DNA of 64,000 nucleotides, from NCBI GenBank assembly GCA_038244585.1, contig JBBRTI010000002.1, positions 258-64,257 on the forward strand. Reading direction: 5' to 3'. The translations under genes and the position numbers were made by a program. This document shows positions 49,005 through 59,445 of the stretch, one piece after another. Origin of the DNA: Candidatus Saccharimonadia bacterium. Its GTDB lineage: Bacteria; Patescibacteriota; Saccharimonadia; UBA4664. The notes below the pieces were generated by a model, which searched no databases, was not told the origin of the DNA, and was given only the letters and a program-made list of their open reading frames with translations. Position 1 is the stretch's first letter. Each line of letters opens with the position of its first letter.

Positions 49005-49535
49005 ATGGCCATTTCTCGTGAGTCCAAAGAAAAGGCGGTAGCACAGCTATCGACCGATCTTGGCCGCATCAAACTGGCTGTCATGACCGACTACCGCGGC
49101 CTCTCCGTGCCGGAGATTGAAGAGCTGCGCGGCATCTTGCGAGCGGAAGGAATTTCCTACCGCGTCACCAAGAACACCCTGCTGCGCCTGGCGACCCAGT
49201 CTAACCCGGCACTCAAGGACATCGACCAGACGGCCTTCAACGGCCCTATGGCTCTGGCTCTTGGATTCGATGACGAAGTGGCTCCGGCCCGCGTCATCTT
49301 CCAATACGCCAGGAAGCACGATGCTCTTGAAATCGTCGGAGCGATCACCGCTGATGGCACCCTGCTGAGTGCTGCTGAGGTCAAGGCTCTGGCGACGCTG
49401 CCAACCCGCGAGCAATTGCTCGGTCAGGTTGTTGGTACGATCGCCGCTCCGCTTACCGGTTTTGTCGGTGTAATGTCAGGCAACGTCCGTTCCATCATTA
49501 ACGTACTAAACGCGCTTAGCGAAGCTAAGGCGTAA
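49005..49535 (+). CDS. rplJ: 50S ribosomal protein L10
   Basis: [19 protein letters not shown]. Confidence 0.97.
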   Translation: MAISRESKEKAVAQLSTDLGRIKLAVMTDYRGLSVPEIEELRGILRAEGISYRVTKNTLLRLATQSNPALKDIDQTAFNGPMALALGFDDEVAPARVIFQYARKHDALEIVGAITADGTLLSAAEVKALATLPTREQLLGQVVGTIAAPLTGFVGVMSGNVRSIINVLNALSEAKA

Positions 49536-49545
49536 GGAGACCATC

Positions 49546-49962
49546 ATGGCAGAACAAACTACTGCAACAGAAGAGTTCCAGGTTCCGGAAAAATTCGCTA
49601 AGCTCGTTGAGACTATCGACAAGTTGAGCGTACTCGAGCTGAGCGAGCTCGTTAAGACCCTGGAGAAGCACTACGGTGTCAGTGCAGCCGCCCCGGCAGC
49701 CGCAGCCGCCCCGGCAGCTGATGGCGACGGCGCAGCCGCCGCCCCTGAGAAGACCACCTTCACGGTCGTCCTGGCCAACGCCGGCGCCTCGAAGATCAGC
49801 GTCATCAAGGCCGTTCGTGAAATCACCGGCCTCGGCCTGGCTGAGAGCAAGGCCCTCGTTGACGGTGCCCCTAAGCCCATTAAGGAAGATGTTGCCAAAG
49901 CTGACGCCGAAGACGCTAAGGCCAAGCTGGAAGCAGCCGGCGCCACTGTTGAAATGCAGTAA
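49546..49962 (+). CDS. rplL: 50S ribosomal protein L7/L12
   Basis: [23 protein letters not shown]. Confidence 0.98.
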   Translation: MAEQTTATEEFQVPEKFAKLVETIDKLSVLELSELVKTLEKHYGVSAAAPAAAAAPAADGDGAAAAPEKTTFTVVLANAGASKISVIKAVREITGLGLAESKALVDGAPKPIKEDVAKADAEDAKAKLEAAGATVEMQ

Positions 49963-49980
49963 TCGTTCCCAAACGATGTA

Positions 49981-50007
49981 AAATAAGGACCTTCGGGTCC
50001 TTATTTT
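49981..50007 (+). terminator. Intrinsic terminator
   Basis: aaataaggacc-ttcg-ggtccttattt. Confidence 0.85.
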
Positions 50008-50173
50008 GTTTGGCTAGAGCCCAAAGCTGGCCAAAAGGCCCGTTTTGCGCTAAGATAGTTCAGTATTGTTACGGTAAAAAACCCTCACCCATGTCAATTG
50101 TTTTGACAAGGATAGCTTGGCGTAGTATGAATAAAGCCAGCAAGCGGTTATACCAAAACCAAAGGATGTTGTT

Positions 50174-50692
50174 GTGGCAGAGATTACCGATAAGCAGCTC
50201 AAGACGCTCAAAAAACTCATAGAGACAGCCGAGACCAACCTGTCCGGCGCCAAAGAACTCCTGACGAGCCTCGTGGGGAGTGAAGAGACGGTCTCACAAA
50301 CCGCCGCCGCCGCTCAGGCACAGGCTACCGGTAAAGTTGTTGAAGGCTCCTTTGACGGGCAGCACATGATTGGTCCTGACGGCAAGAGCTACCCCGTACC
50401 AGCTAACTACGCCTCAAAGAGCAAGCTCGTCCAGGGCGACCAGCTCAAACTCATCATTGGATATGACGGTGCTTTCATGTACAAGCAGATTGGTCCCATC
50501 GAGCGCAAGAAGCTGATCGGCACCCTGAATCTTAAGGACGGCGCCTACTTCGTTGAAGCCCGCGGTCAGGAGTACCACGTTCTGTTTGCCAGCGTAACCT
50601 ACTTCAAGGCTCAGCCCGGAGATCAGGTGACAATGGTCATCCCTGAGGCTGGCGACGCCGAGTGGGCCGCCATCGAAGCCGTTATCGGCTAA
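50174..50692 (+). CDS. Conserved hypothetical protein (CPR-type)
   Basis: EG.FDGQ.M...GK.YPVPANYASKSKLV.GD; strong codon bias. Confidence 0.8.
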   Translation: MAEITDKQLKTLKKLIETAETNLSGAKELLTSLVGSEETVSQTAAAAQAQATGKVVEGSFDGQHMIGPDGKSYPVPANYASKSKLVQGDQLKLIIGYDGAFMYKQIGPIERKKLIGTLNLKDGAYFVEARGQEYHVLFASVTYFKAQPGDQVTMVIPEAGDAEWAAIEAVIG

Positions 50693-50759
50693 AGCTTATC
50701 CACTATCAGATACCAGCCGTATCAGATATACTAGTTTAAGAACTAAGAGGCAGCTGCGG

Positions 50760-52256
50760 GTGGATAACCAGGCCTTATATCGTAAATATCGAAGTGTTGA
50801 TTTTGATCACGTCATCGGCCAGGCTCACGTGACGAAGACGCTTGTAAGCGCGCTCTCAAGCGGGCATGTCAGTCATGCCTACTTGTTTACCGGACCGCGA
50901 GGCGTGGGTAAGACCAGTGTGGCCAGACTACTGGCGCGGGCGCTAAACTGCACCGGGGGAGCGGAGGGAGCTGGCAAGCCGTGCAATAATTGTGATAGCT
51001 GTTTGGCTGCCATCAATTCGTCGCTGGATATTATTGAAATCGACGCGGCCAGCAACAACGGCGTCGACGATGTGCGCGAGCTGCGCGATAAGGTCAGTAT
51101 TGCACCGTCGGGCGGCGGCTATAAGGTCTATATCATCGACGAGGTCCACATGCTGTCGGCGGGGGCCTTCAACGCGCTGCTTAAGACCTTGGAAGAGCCA
51201 CCGGCCCATGCCGTCTTTATTCTGGCCACGACCGAGTCCCATAAGATACCGGCTACCATAATGTCCCGCACCCAGAGCTTCGCTTTCAAGCCGATTGGGG
51301 AGACGGATATAATCAATCATCTGCAAGCGATTGCCACTTCGGAGCAGATTGCCCTCGACGATGCGGCCGCGCGCCTAATTGCACGTACGGCCCGTGGCAG
51401 TTTCCGCGACGCCATCGGCATGCTGGATCAGATGAGGCCTGTCGGCAATGCGGCCGTGACCGCTGAGGCGGTCCGCAACCTTTTGGGCTTTAGCGATGAA
51501 GGCGGCATTGCGGCAATAAGTCAAGCCTTGGTTGAATCGGACCCGCGCGCGGCCATCCTGGCTATCGACGAGCTGGTGACTGGCGGTGCCCAACCGGCGC
51601 AGATTGCCGTTCAGCTGACTGAGCAGTGGCGGGACGTGCTGCACGCGTGTCTGAAGGCCACCGAGTCCGTATCGTCAGACACTGCCCAGCTCGCGGCTCA
51701 GGTGACGCCCGCCCGCTGCGCCGCCATAATTGATGCCCTGATGAGCGTAGTCAAGTCGCCTTGGTCACTGATGAGCCTTGAGACGGCCGTAGTGCGACTC
51801 ACAGCTACCGCTGAGACCGTTCAGACTCAACCCGTTGCCCAGTTGGTCCCGGCGCCGGCCAAAACTCCGCGGGCCGCCCAACGGGCAGTCGCCGAGGATC
51901 CGGACCATATAACCGCCACCCCCGGCAATATCGAGCCAGGCCGCTGGCCTAAGGTCCTGGTGCTGCTCAAGCAGGAACACAGCTCCCTCTGTGGCCTGCT
52001 CCAGATGTACCCGACCGATTTCTCCGCTGATAAAGTCACCGTTCGTGCTCGCTTCAACTTCCACCGCGACCTCTTTAACCGGCCTCAGAACCGCCAGGCC
52101 ATCGAAACTGCCGCCGCCAAGGTTTTCGGCCGGCCTATTACTGTCATGGCGGTCACTGACTTGTCGGCACTGCCGCCCAAGACGGGCCTGCAGAACGCGT
52201 CCGACGATCTGACGGCCGCGGCGTTGGAAATCCTTGGCGGAGAGGTAATAGACTGA
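50760..52256 (+). CDS. dnaX: DNA polymerase III subunit gamma/tau
   Basis: ALYRKYR, GPRGVGKT, EIDAASN, DEVHML, LKTLEEPP. Confidence 0.97.
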   Translation: MDNQALYRKYRSVDFDHVIGQAHVTKTLVSALSSGHVSHAYLFTGPRGVGKTSVARLLARALNCTGGAEGAGKPCNNCDSCLAAINSSLDIIEIDAASNNGVDDVRELRDKVSIAPSGGGYKVYIIDEVHMLSAGAFNALLKTLEEPPAHAVFILATTESHKIPATIMSRTQSFAFKPIGETDIINHLQAIATSEQIALDDAAARLIARTARGSFRDAIGMLDQMRPVGNAAVTAEAVRNLLGFSDEGGIAAISQALVESDPRAAILAIDELVTGGAQPAQIAVQLTEQWRDVLHACLKATESVSSDTAQLAAQVTPARCAAIIDALMSVVKSPWSLMSLETAVVRLTATAETVQTQPVAQLVPAPAKTPRAAQRAVAEDPDHITATPGNIEPGRWPKVLVLLKQEHSSLCGLLQMYPTDFSADKVTVRARFNFHRDLFNRPQNRQAIETAAAKVFGRPITVMAVTDLSALPPKTGLQNASDDLTAAALEILGGEVID

Positions 52257-53668
52257 TGCCAAGCGAACGGGGAACCAGAAATAAGCCGCGCACGGCCCCG
52301 CGCCGTGAGGACTACGCGCGCACCGAGGATATGGAGCATATTGCGGGCAAAATGCCGCCGCAGAACCTGGATGCCGAAGCCAGCTTGATCGGCTCGATTC
52401 TCATCGAAAAAGAGGCCATCATCCAAGTGGCTGACATTGTTACGCCCGAAGACTTCTATGCCGAGCGCAACGCCATTATTTTTAGCGCCATCTTGGACCT
52501 TTACGAGCAGCGGCAGCCGCTTGACCTGTTGACTCTGGCCAACCGCCTGCGCGAGGTCGAAGAACTCGACAACGTCGGCGGCTCGTCGTATCTGGCTGAG
52601 CTGACCTCGGCGGTCCCGACGGCGGCCCACGTGGCACATTACGCAGCCATCGTCGCCCATAAGGCCACCCTGCGCCGCCTGATCCTGGCTGCCAGTGCCA
52701 TAACCAACATCGGCTATGACGAGGACACGCCTCTGGAAGACCTGTTGGACAAGGCCGAACAGACTATCTTTGAGGTCAGCCAGAAGAACCTCAAGCAAAA
52801 CTTCATACCCATTAGCTCCGTCCTGGCGGAATCTTTCGACCGTATCAATGACCTCAACTCTAATACCGGCAAGCTGCGGGGTGTTTCGAGCGGCTTCCGT
52901 GACATAGATAACATGCTGGCGGGATTCCAAAATTCTGACCTTATTATCATTGCCGCCCGTCCCTCCATGGGTAAGACTACGTTGGTCATGAACATTGCCC
53001 ATCACGTGGCAGCCCGCGAGGGTATTCCGGTCGGCTTCTTCTCGCTTGAGGTCTCCAAGGAGCAGCTCATCGACCAGCTACTCGCTATCGAGAGCGGCGT
53101 GGACGCCTGGAAACTGCGCACCGGCGACCTGGACGACGAGGACTTCGTCAAAATCAATCAGGCCATGGCGGAGCTCAGTGAAGCCCCCATCTACATCGAT
53201 GACTCAGCGACCACCAACGTTATGGAAATGCGTACCAAAGCCCGCCGTCTCCAGGCTGAGCATGGCTTGGGACTGGTCATCATCGACTACCTTCAACTCA
53301 TCTCCGGGGGCGCGCGTACGACTGATGGCCGTCAACAGGAGGTCAGTGAGATTTCTCGTAACCTCAAAGGTCTGGCACGTGAGCTCAATGTCCCTGTCAT
53401 CGCTCTGTCGCAGCTGTCCCGCGCCGTGGAGTCCCGGACGCCACCGACGCCGCAGCTCTCCGACCTGCGAGACTCCGGTTCCATCGAGCAGGACGCCGAC
53501 GTCGTCGCCTTCATTTACCGCCCGTGGTACTACGATAAGGAAGCCGACGAGAATGTTACTCAAATTCTGGTGAAGAAGCACCGTAACGGTGCAATCGGCG
53601 ACGTTGAACTCTACTTCAGCGCCGAGCAGCGCAAGTTCACCAATCTTGACCGGCTCCACGCTCAGTAG
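52256..53668 (+). CDS. dnaB: Replicative DNA helicase
   Basis: PPQN..AE, ARPSMGKT, IDYLQL, SQLSR, LRDSGSIEQDAD. Confidence 0.98.
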   Translation: MPSERGTRNKPRTAPRREDYARTEDMEHIAGKMPPQNLDAEASLIGSILIEKEAIIQVADIVTPEDFYAERNAIIFSAILDLYEQRQPLDLLTLANRLREVEELDNVGGSSYLAELTSAVPTAAHVAHYAAIVAHKATLRRLILAASAITNIGYDEDTPLEDLLDKAEQTIFEVSQKNLKQNFIPISSVLAESFDRINDLNSNTGKLRGVSSGFRDIDNMLAGFQNSDLIIIAARPSMGKTTLVMNIAHHVAAREGIPVGFFSLEVSKEQLIDQLLAIESGVDAWKLRTGDLDDEDFVKINQAMAELSEAPIYIDDSATTNVMEMRTKARRLQAEHGLGLVIIDYLQLISGGARTTDGRQQEVSEISRNLKGLARELNVPVIALSQLSRAVESRTPPTPQLSDLRDSGSIEQDADVVAFIYRPWYYDKEADENVTQILVKKHRNGAIGDVELYFSAEQRKFTNLDRLHAQ

Positions 53669-53754
53669 CGCCTGAGCGACAAGCAAGCTGAATTTTAGTA
53701 TAATAGCAGTTAATATAAAACGGTTATGGTTGATAATTAACATCAGGAATACAT

Positions 53755-54222
53755 ATGCCCGTGTCCGAGAACAACAGTCGTCGAATTAGGCAAGTAGGGA
53801 AGTTCGGCGTCGTGGGCGTCGTCAACACCCTCCTGGACTTCTTTATCTTCAACCTCTGCAGTAAATTCCTGAAGCTTGCGCTGATACCCTCGAATACCAT
53901 TTCGACGACCATTGCCATGATCTTCAGCTTCGTCGTCAACCGCAAGGTGGTCTTTAAGAAAGACGGCGGATCGACCGCCCGCCAAGCCGTCCAATTCTAT
54001 GTTGTCACGGCCTTCGGGCTGTACGTGCTGCAAAACAGCATCATCCATCTGCTGGCTGTTACCTGGCCCGGCCCCTTGTTAGGGGTGGTTCACGTAATTC
54101 GAAGCATGGGACTACATATGTTCAGCGACGCATTTTATGTTAATAATGGGGCTAAGGCGATCGGCACGGTCGTCAGCCTGGCTTGGAATTTCATAATGTA
54201 TAAAAAGGTGGTATTTCGCTAA
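53755..54222 (+). CDS. GtrA-family flippase-like protein
   Basis: KFG.VG..NT..DF, N...VF, WNF...K..VF. Confidence 0.9.
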   Translation: MPVSENNSRRIRQVGKFGVVGVVNTLLDFFIFNLCSKFLKLALIPSNTISTTIAMIFSFVVNRKVVFKKDGGSTARQAVQFYVVTAFGLYVLQNSIIHLLAVTWPGPLLGVVHVIRSMGLHMFSDAFYVNNGAKAIGTVVSLAWNFIMYKKVVFR

Positions 54223-55760
54223 TGGGACACTCGTCAATATTTATGGAGCGCGCCTCGCGTCATGCAACGGTTTTCGGTTTGGCCGGACTGACCCTGGTGG
54301 CCACCTTCATGCGTTTCTGGAAGATTGATCTTCTGCCGCCGGGTTTGACGACGACCGAAGCCCGTCTTGGCGAATCCGTCGCGTCGCTGGTGACCCAAGG
54401 GCACCTGCCCGCTTTTGCCTCTCAAAACGGCTACTCACCACTCCTGGTGGCGCTCGAGGCGCTGCCATATAAGTTGCTCGGGGCTACGACGTGGTCGTTA
54501 CGGCTGGTACCGGCTCTGATAGGAGTACTCAGCGTCATCGCCCTCTGGTATTGGGCGCGTGCCTGGTTCGGTTCCCGGGTTGCCTGGATCGCCGCTTTCC
54601 TGCTTGCGGTTTCCCCCTGGGCAATTACTATCTCCCGCAACGCCAGCGCCTCATCATTGGCTCCGCTGTTGGTGCCGCTAACTCTATGGTTGGTCACTAT
54701 TGGGTATCGGCGCAACCGGTCCAGTGCCTGGGTCCTGGCCGGAGCGGTCGTCGGGCTGGATTTGCTCGCTGGTCCCTTGGGCTGGATTACCGCTGGTCTC
54801 GTGATCTTGGCCGGCATGTATTGGCTCGTCTCGCGCCGTCGTCTACCTCAGTGGTCAAAGGGCCGGCTGGCAGCCTTTGTGGTGACGGCTATTCTTGCCG
54901 GCCTATCGGGTTACCTGGCAGGGCGGCTGCCGTCCGGGGTGACCACGCTGCCGTCGCAGCTAGGCCTGCCAGCCGGCACGGACGCCGTTGGAACTACCGT
55001 GGTTTCCGCCCTGCTTATGTTCAATGTCCGAGGAGACATGAGTTTTCAACACAATCTGGGCGGTGAGCCGCTGCTTAATGTTTTCGTCGGTCTGATGTTC
55101 GTGACCGGTCTGCTGGTAGCCTTTACCCGCCTTACTGCAAACCGATACCGCCGCCTGCTGCTTATTTTTGTCGCCTTCCTTTTACCGGTAGGAATCAGTG
55201 TGGCCGGTGCGCCCGACGCCGCCCGGGCAGCTGGAGTTCTGCCTATAACCATGGTCCTGGCCGCGCTAGGAGCCACTTACTTGCTTCAGGTGTGGTATTC
55301 GACCTTCCCAATCAACTCCGCTGCCCGCGTGTCCGGCAGGTCGGCAGTCGGTTTGCTGTTGATCCTGACAGCGTTCCAGGGATACACCCAGTACTTCCAC
55401 GCCTGGGCCGGTTCGGCCGAGACTTACGCGGCTTTCCATGAGGAGGCTGTCAAAGCCAGTGACTTCACCGACCAGGCCGCGGCCAAAACAAGTGATACCA
55501 AGCGCTTCCTAATTACTGGCGCCGATGAAGCCTTCGTTGTAGCTTATCTGACCAAGCCCGCGTCAGCGCGCCAGCTGTCCGTTCCGGAACTGGTTGCCCT
55601 GCCGATTACGCCGGGAGTCTACCAATTTGTCCTGACGGCTGCCGTCCGCGACAAGGTTGCCAAGGCTTTGGCGGACAAATTCCCCGGCGGCAAGCTGAAG
55701 CCGTACTACTCGGCCTTCAATGATTCTGATATTTTCTACGACTACCAGGTAACTAAGTGA
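54222..55760 (+). CDS. GT-C (ArnT/PMT, family 39-like) membrane glycosyltransferase
   Basis: RF..I...PPGL..TEA (DEA altered), R...A..G, A.SPW....SR; ~12 TMs. Confidence 0.8.
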   Translation: MGHSSIFMERASRHATVFGLAGLTLVATFMRFWKIDLLPPGLTTTEARLGESVASLVTQGHLPAFASQNGYSPLLVALEALPYKLLGATTWSLRLVPALIGVLSVIALWYWARAWFGSRVAWIAAFLLAVSPWAITISRNASASSLAPLLVPLTLWLVTIGYRRNRSSAWVLAGAVVGLDLLAGPLGWITAGLVILAGMYWLVSRRRLPQWSKGRLAAFVVTAILAGLSGYLAGRLPSGVTTLPSQLGLPAGTDAVGTTVVSALLMFNVRGDMSFQHNLGGEPLLNVFVGLMFVTGLLVAFTRLTANRYRRLLLIFVAFLLPVGISVAGAPDAARAAGVLPITMVLAALGATYLLQVWYSTFPINSAARVSGRSAVGLLLILTAFQGYTQYFHAWAGSAETYAAFHEEAVKASDFTDQAAAKTSDTKRFLITGADEAFVVAYLTKPASARQLSVPELVALPITPGVYQFVLTAAVRDKVAKALADKFPGGKLKPYYSAFNDSDIFYDYQVTK

Positions 55761-56524
55761 AACCGATTGCTCTGAGCATCATCATACCCGCCTACATGGA
55801 GGCCGTTCGCATCGGCGATACGCTGGAGCGGCTGGCGGAATTCCTGAGTACCCGTGATTACGGTAGGGTCGAGGTGCTGGTGGTGGTCGCGGATAGTCCG
55901 GACGGCACAAAAAAACTCGCGGAGGCCAAAGCCGGACTGTTCAAGACCTTCAGGGTGATCGAACCCGGACCTAGGCTGGGGAAGGGGCGTGACGTGCGCC
56001 TGGGCATTTTTGAAGCCGCCGGCGCTTGCCGGGTTTTCATGGATGCCGATCTCGCGACCCCGCTGATTCATCTTGACGAAGTGGTACGCCTGGCCGGAGA
56101 AGGCGTTGCGGTAGGTATAGCTGTGCGCAATTTGAGCTCAATTCATGCCAAACTGACTCGTCTGCTCATCTCGGTCGTAGGCAATGTTTTAGCTCAGATA
56201 ATATTGCTCCCCGGCATTAAGGACACCCAATGTGGGTTTAAATTTTTTGATGCTAAGGCAGCCGAGGAGATTTTTGGTCGCATGACAATCCTTGGTTGGG
56301 GTTTTGACCTTGAGATCCTCGCCATTGCCCGCAAGAAGGGATATAAAATCGCAATTATCAAAGCTCCCGATTGGAGCGACCCCAAATCCGACGATGAGGG
56401 ATTTGTCGGAGACTCGGCTACAGGCGCTTCACTTAAAGTTTTTCGAGACATGCTTAAGGTACGTTGGAATCTAATTCGCGGCCGTTACAACCGCCGCACT
56501 TATATTCACCGCGCCGTCAGCTAA
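55757..56524 (+). CDS. GT2 polyprenyl-phosphate glycosyltransferase (Alg5-like)
   Basis: SIIIPAY.E, GKG, DAD, DTQCGFK, WGFD.E. Confidence 0.92.
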   Translation: MKPIALSIIIPAYMEAVRIGDTLERLAEFLSTRDYGRVEVLVVVADSPDGTKKLAEAKAGLFKTFRVIEPGPRLGKGRDVRLGIFEAAGACRVFMDADLATPLIHLDEVVRLAGEGVAVGIAVRNLSSIHAKLTRLLISVVGNVLAQIILLPGIKDTQCGFKFFDAKAAEEIFGRMTILGWGFDLEILAIARKKGYKIAIIKAPDWSDPKSDDEGFVGDSATGASLKVFRDMLKVRWNLIRGRYNRRTYIHRAVS

Positions 56525-58386
56525 TAGAGTTTGTAGACGTAAATCGAATTGCCAACCTTGGCAATAGGCTCCATGGCCCGCAGATTGGCATACCCCAGCG
56601 TCCCGGTAAGGCCGGAATAATAACGATCGTTCTGGAGGTAGGTTTCGGACACGGCGATGTACTGGCCGGTATAGGTTCCATAGGTCGAGTGCCACTCCTC
56701 ATAAACGCTCCGCGAGCAATCGTAGCCCGAGCCGTTGCGAATGAGTAGCCCTTTGGCATCATAGGTCCGGTCGCAGAAATAGTATTGAGGAATGGCACCT
56801 CCGAAGTAATCGACGGCGATGTGACGGATTTCCGGGTGCTCCTCGACGTAAGTTTTGAGACGGAGCAGATCCTGGCCCCAGTCCACGCTTGAGTCGCTGA
56901 AATAGCGTCCCGCACCACTGCCGCCACCAGCCAGTTCGTTGAAGTAGGACGTGAACGACGGGTACGCCAGGATCGTGCTTAAGCCGTACCACGGTAGCAG
57001 GAGGGCCAAGGCCACCGCCGTCGGAACCTGCCACCGTACGCGGCGTGATAGCCGTCTGGCAAGCTTCACCGTTCCTATGGCCACGAGGATGAAAAGCGGT
57101 ATGTAGATAGGCAGTATATGCCTTATTCCAAGATTGAGATTGCCGGCAATTGAAGCGGCGAAGTAGAAGATTGCAAAAGACCCGAGCGTCCATTCCATAC
57201 TATGGTGCCGCAGCGAGCTGGCCAGGGCTGCTACGAATGCTCGCGGTCGGGCCCGCTTGAGAGCCAGATATCCGCCCGCTAGGCTCAGGATTCCGAGTAT
57301 TAGGAAAGCGATCTGGGTTTTCATTACAAAGAGCTCAGGGAAGTAAAAGCGGTAGCTTTGGTTGCTTATTTGGCCATTGAAGTATGTGGTATTACCGCCA
57401 GCAACCCGCCCAAAGACCATGCGAATACCCAAAATGTACTGGACGAGCGGTTTGAAGGCAGGAATATCGTTTATGCTAGTCAGAGCATTAACTAGGCCTG
57501 TGTCGATCGGCTCCACCATAGTTCCGCGAATCAGGCGATCCTGCACCTGTTGGGGCATGCCGGCAGTTTGGGGTGTATAGGCCACCCAGACCATAGCGAC
57601 GCTTAGAAATGATGCCAGGATGAGACCGCCGGTCAAGACTTTGAGGCTGCTGGCATGTTCACGCTCCCGCCACCGTAGCGCCACCATACCCAAGCTAACG
57701 GCGCCCAAGAACGGGAATAACAGTACGGCCGAGAACTTAGCCAGCTGTGCTACGGCTAGTGCTAGTGCCAGAAGAAACAAATTGGAGCGGCCCGGGTGCT
57801 CGGCGTACCGGACATAGGCGACGAGAGCTAGGAAGATAAAGACGCTGGCACCCAGGTCGGTAGTCACATAATGGGAATGGGCAAGCAGGTTCGGCGACAA
57901 GGTGTAGAAAAACAGCGATAGCAGCGCCACTGCCCTGCCCCAGCGGCGATAACAGAAGCGGTACAGCACAATGCCAAAAGCGGTGGCCAATAGAAGGATG
58001 GGCAGCCGGGCCCAGAAGAGGACCTGATCGGCGTCGTTGCCCATGTGGTAGAGGAACGTCCAGCCGGTTTCCCACTGGCCGTTGACGTCGGTAGTCCAAG
58101 CGGCGTTCTCGATTGGGAATTTTAGATCCATGAACTGGAGTGGGAGTCCGGCCAGGTCCTTGATCAGGGGAGGGTGTTCCGGGTTCAGCCGGTAATCGCC
58201 GTAGTGCAGGTAGGAGTAGGCAGCCGCAACGTGAGGGACCTCGTCCACAATGGCCGAATCGCCGACCATGGCCCCTAAGCTCAAGCCGAACATCGCGGCC
58301 AGTAAGGCCCCGGCAAGCAGTATATGCCACTCTCTGGCAAAATCACGGGCGGGCATTATGATACGATGGTATAAAGACTTCGTCAT
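56521..58386 (-). CDS. GT-C (family 39-like) membrane glycosyltransferase
   Basis: VDE..H, NPEHPPL.K, TTD, G.RH..P, DS..DWGQD. Confidence 0.88.
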   Translation of the reverse strand: MTKSLYHRIIMPARDFAREWHILLAGALLAAMFGLSLGAMVGDSAIVDEVPHVAAAYSYLHYGDYRLNPEHPPLIKDLAGLPLQFMDLKFPIENAAWTTDVNGQWETGWTFLYHMGNDADQVLFWARLPILLLATAFGIVLYRFCYRRWGRAVALLSLFFYTLSPNLLAHSHYVTTDLGASVFIFLALVAYVRYAEHPGRSNLFLLALALAVAQLAKFSAVLLFPFLGAVSLGMVALRWREREHASSLKVLTGGLILASFLSVAMVWVAYTPQTAGMPQQVQDRLIRGTMVEPIDTGLVNALTSINDIPAFKPLVQYILGIRMVFGRVAGGNTTYFNGQISNQSYRFYFPELFVMKTQIAFLILGILSLAGGYLALKRARPRAFVAALASSLRHHSMEWTLGSFAIFYFAASIAGNLNLGIRHILPIYIPLFILVAIGTVKLARRLSRRVRWQVPTAVALALLLPWYGLSTILAYPSFTSYFNELAGGGSGAGRYFSDSSVDWGQDLLRLKTYVEEHPEIRHIAVDYFGGAIPQYYFCDRTYDAKGLLIRNGSGYDCSRSVYEEWHSTYGTYTGQYIAVSETYLQNDRYYSGLTGTLGYANLRAMEPIAKVGNSIYVYKLY

Positions 58387-58472
58387 GAGGCTCCTTAGGC
58401 TTACCTATTATACTAGCATAAGCGTTATTTTGTGCCTGGCCGGAGTTTTAGACTTTAATAAGGAGATTTAAT

Positions 58473-58766
58473 ATGAGTATGCTTGATAAAGGTAAAGCTC
58501 TGCTAGAGCTTAAGAAGATCCAGTCGGTCCTAGCCAAGGAAATCATCGAAGTCGAGGCTGGCAACGGCGCAGTCAAGGTCAAGATCAACGGCGAGCAGAA
58601 GATTCAGAAAATAACCTTGGACCCCGAGCTGACCGAGGAGGTCGAGCTGGCCAAACTCGAAAAGTGGATCGAAAGCGCCGTAACCCAGGCCATCACCCGC
58701 AGCCAGCAGCTGGCAGCCGAGAAGATGCGCAGCATGGCGGGCGGCCTTGGCATCCCCGGCCTATAA
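58473..58766 (+). CDS. ybaB: YbaB/EbfC nucleoid-associated protein
   Basis: AG.G.V.V..NG, GGLGIPGL; upstream of recR. Confidence 0.92.
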   Translation: MSMLDKGKALLELKKIQSVLAKEIIEVEAGNGAVKVKINGEQKIQKITLDPELTEEVELAKLEKWIESAVTQAITRSQQLAAEKMRSMAGGLGIPGL

Positions 58767-58790
58767 TACTGTCATTAATCTGAGGCCGGA

Positions 58791-59390
58791 ATGAGAATCG
58801 TTCCCAAAGCAGTCGAAGATACCATTGATGCTCTGAGCAAGCTGCCTGGTGTCGGTCCGCGCACGGCGGAACGGTTGACCTTTCACCTGCTTAAATCCGA
58901 CCCGTCTAAGGCCGACGCCATCAGCTCGGCGCTGTCGGCGCTGCATGCCAACGTGCGCTCGTGCGTGCAGTGTTATAACTTTTCCGAGGGTGAGATGTGC
59001 GGCATTTGCCAATCAGGCGACCGCCAGTCGGGCATAATCGCCGTGGTCGAAGAGCCGTTTGATGTGGTGGCGGTTGAGAAAACAGGGCAGTACCAGGGGT
59101 TGTATCATGTACTCGGCGGCGTTATTTCGCCGATGGACGGCGTGGGTCCCGACAGCCTGCAGATAGCCAGCCTCCTGCGGCGAATAGAGGCCGGCGGCAT
59201 CGACGAAGTGATCCTGGCTACCAACCCGTCGCTGGAAGGCGAATCCACCGCCATGTACATCCGGCAGCGCCTGGCCTCGACCGGGGTCAACCTGACGCGT
59301 CTGGCCCGCGGCCTGCCGGTCGGCGGCGATCTTGAGTATGCCGACCAGGTCACGCTGGGCCGTGCCTTGCAAGGCCGACAGCCGTTTTAA
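58791..59390 (+). CDS. recR: Recombination mediator RecR
   Basis: LPGVGPRTA.R, C4 zinc finger, YHVLGG, EGE.TA, GGDLEYAD. Confidence 0.97.
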   Translation: MRIVPKAVEDTIDALSKLPGVGPRTAERLTFHLLKSDPSKADAISSALSALHANVRSCVQCYNFSEGEMCGICQSGDRQSGIIAVVEEPFDVVAVEKTGQYQGLYHVLGGVISPMDGVGPDSLQIASLLRRIEAGGIDEVILATNPSLEGESTAMYIRQRLASTGVNLTRLARGLPVGGDLEYADQVTLGRALQGRQPF

Positions 59391-59445
59391 GTCGTTTAGC
59401 TCCAAACCTACCAATAACTTGTGCCCACAGGTACAATAAGGCACA

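Noticed and set aside
49680-49745. gcagccgccccggca tandem repeat
   Set aside because: Encodes the normal Ala/Pro hinge of L7/L12.
52085-53743. Long minus-strand ORFs (306 aa and 179 aa)
   Set aside because: Antisense to dnaB.
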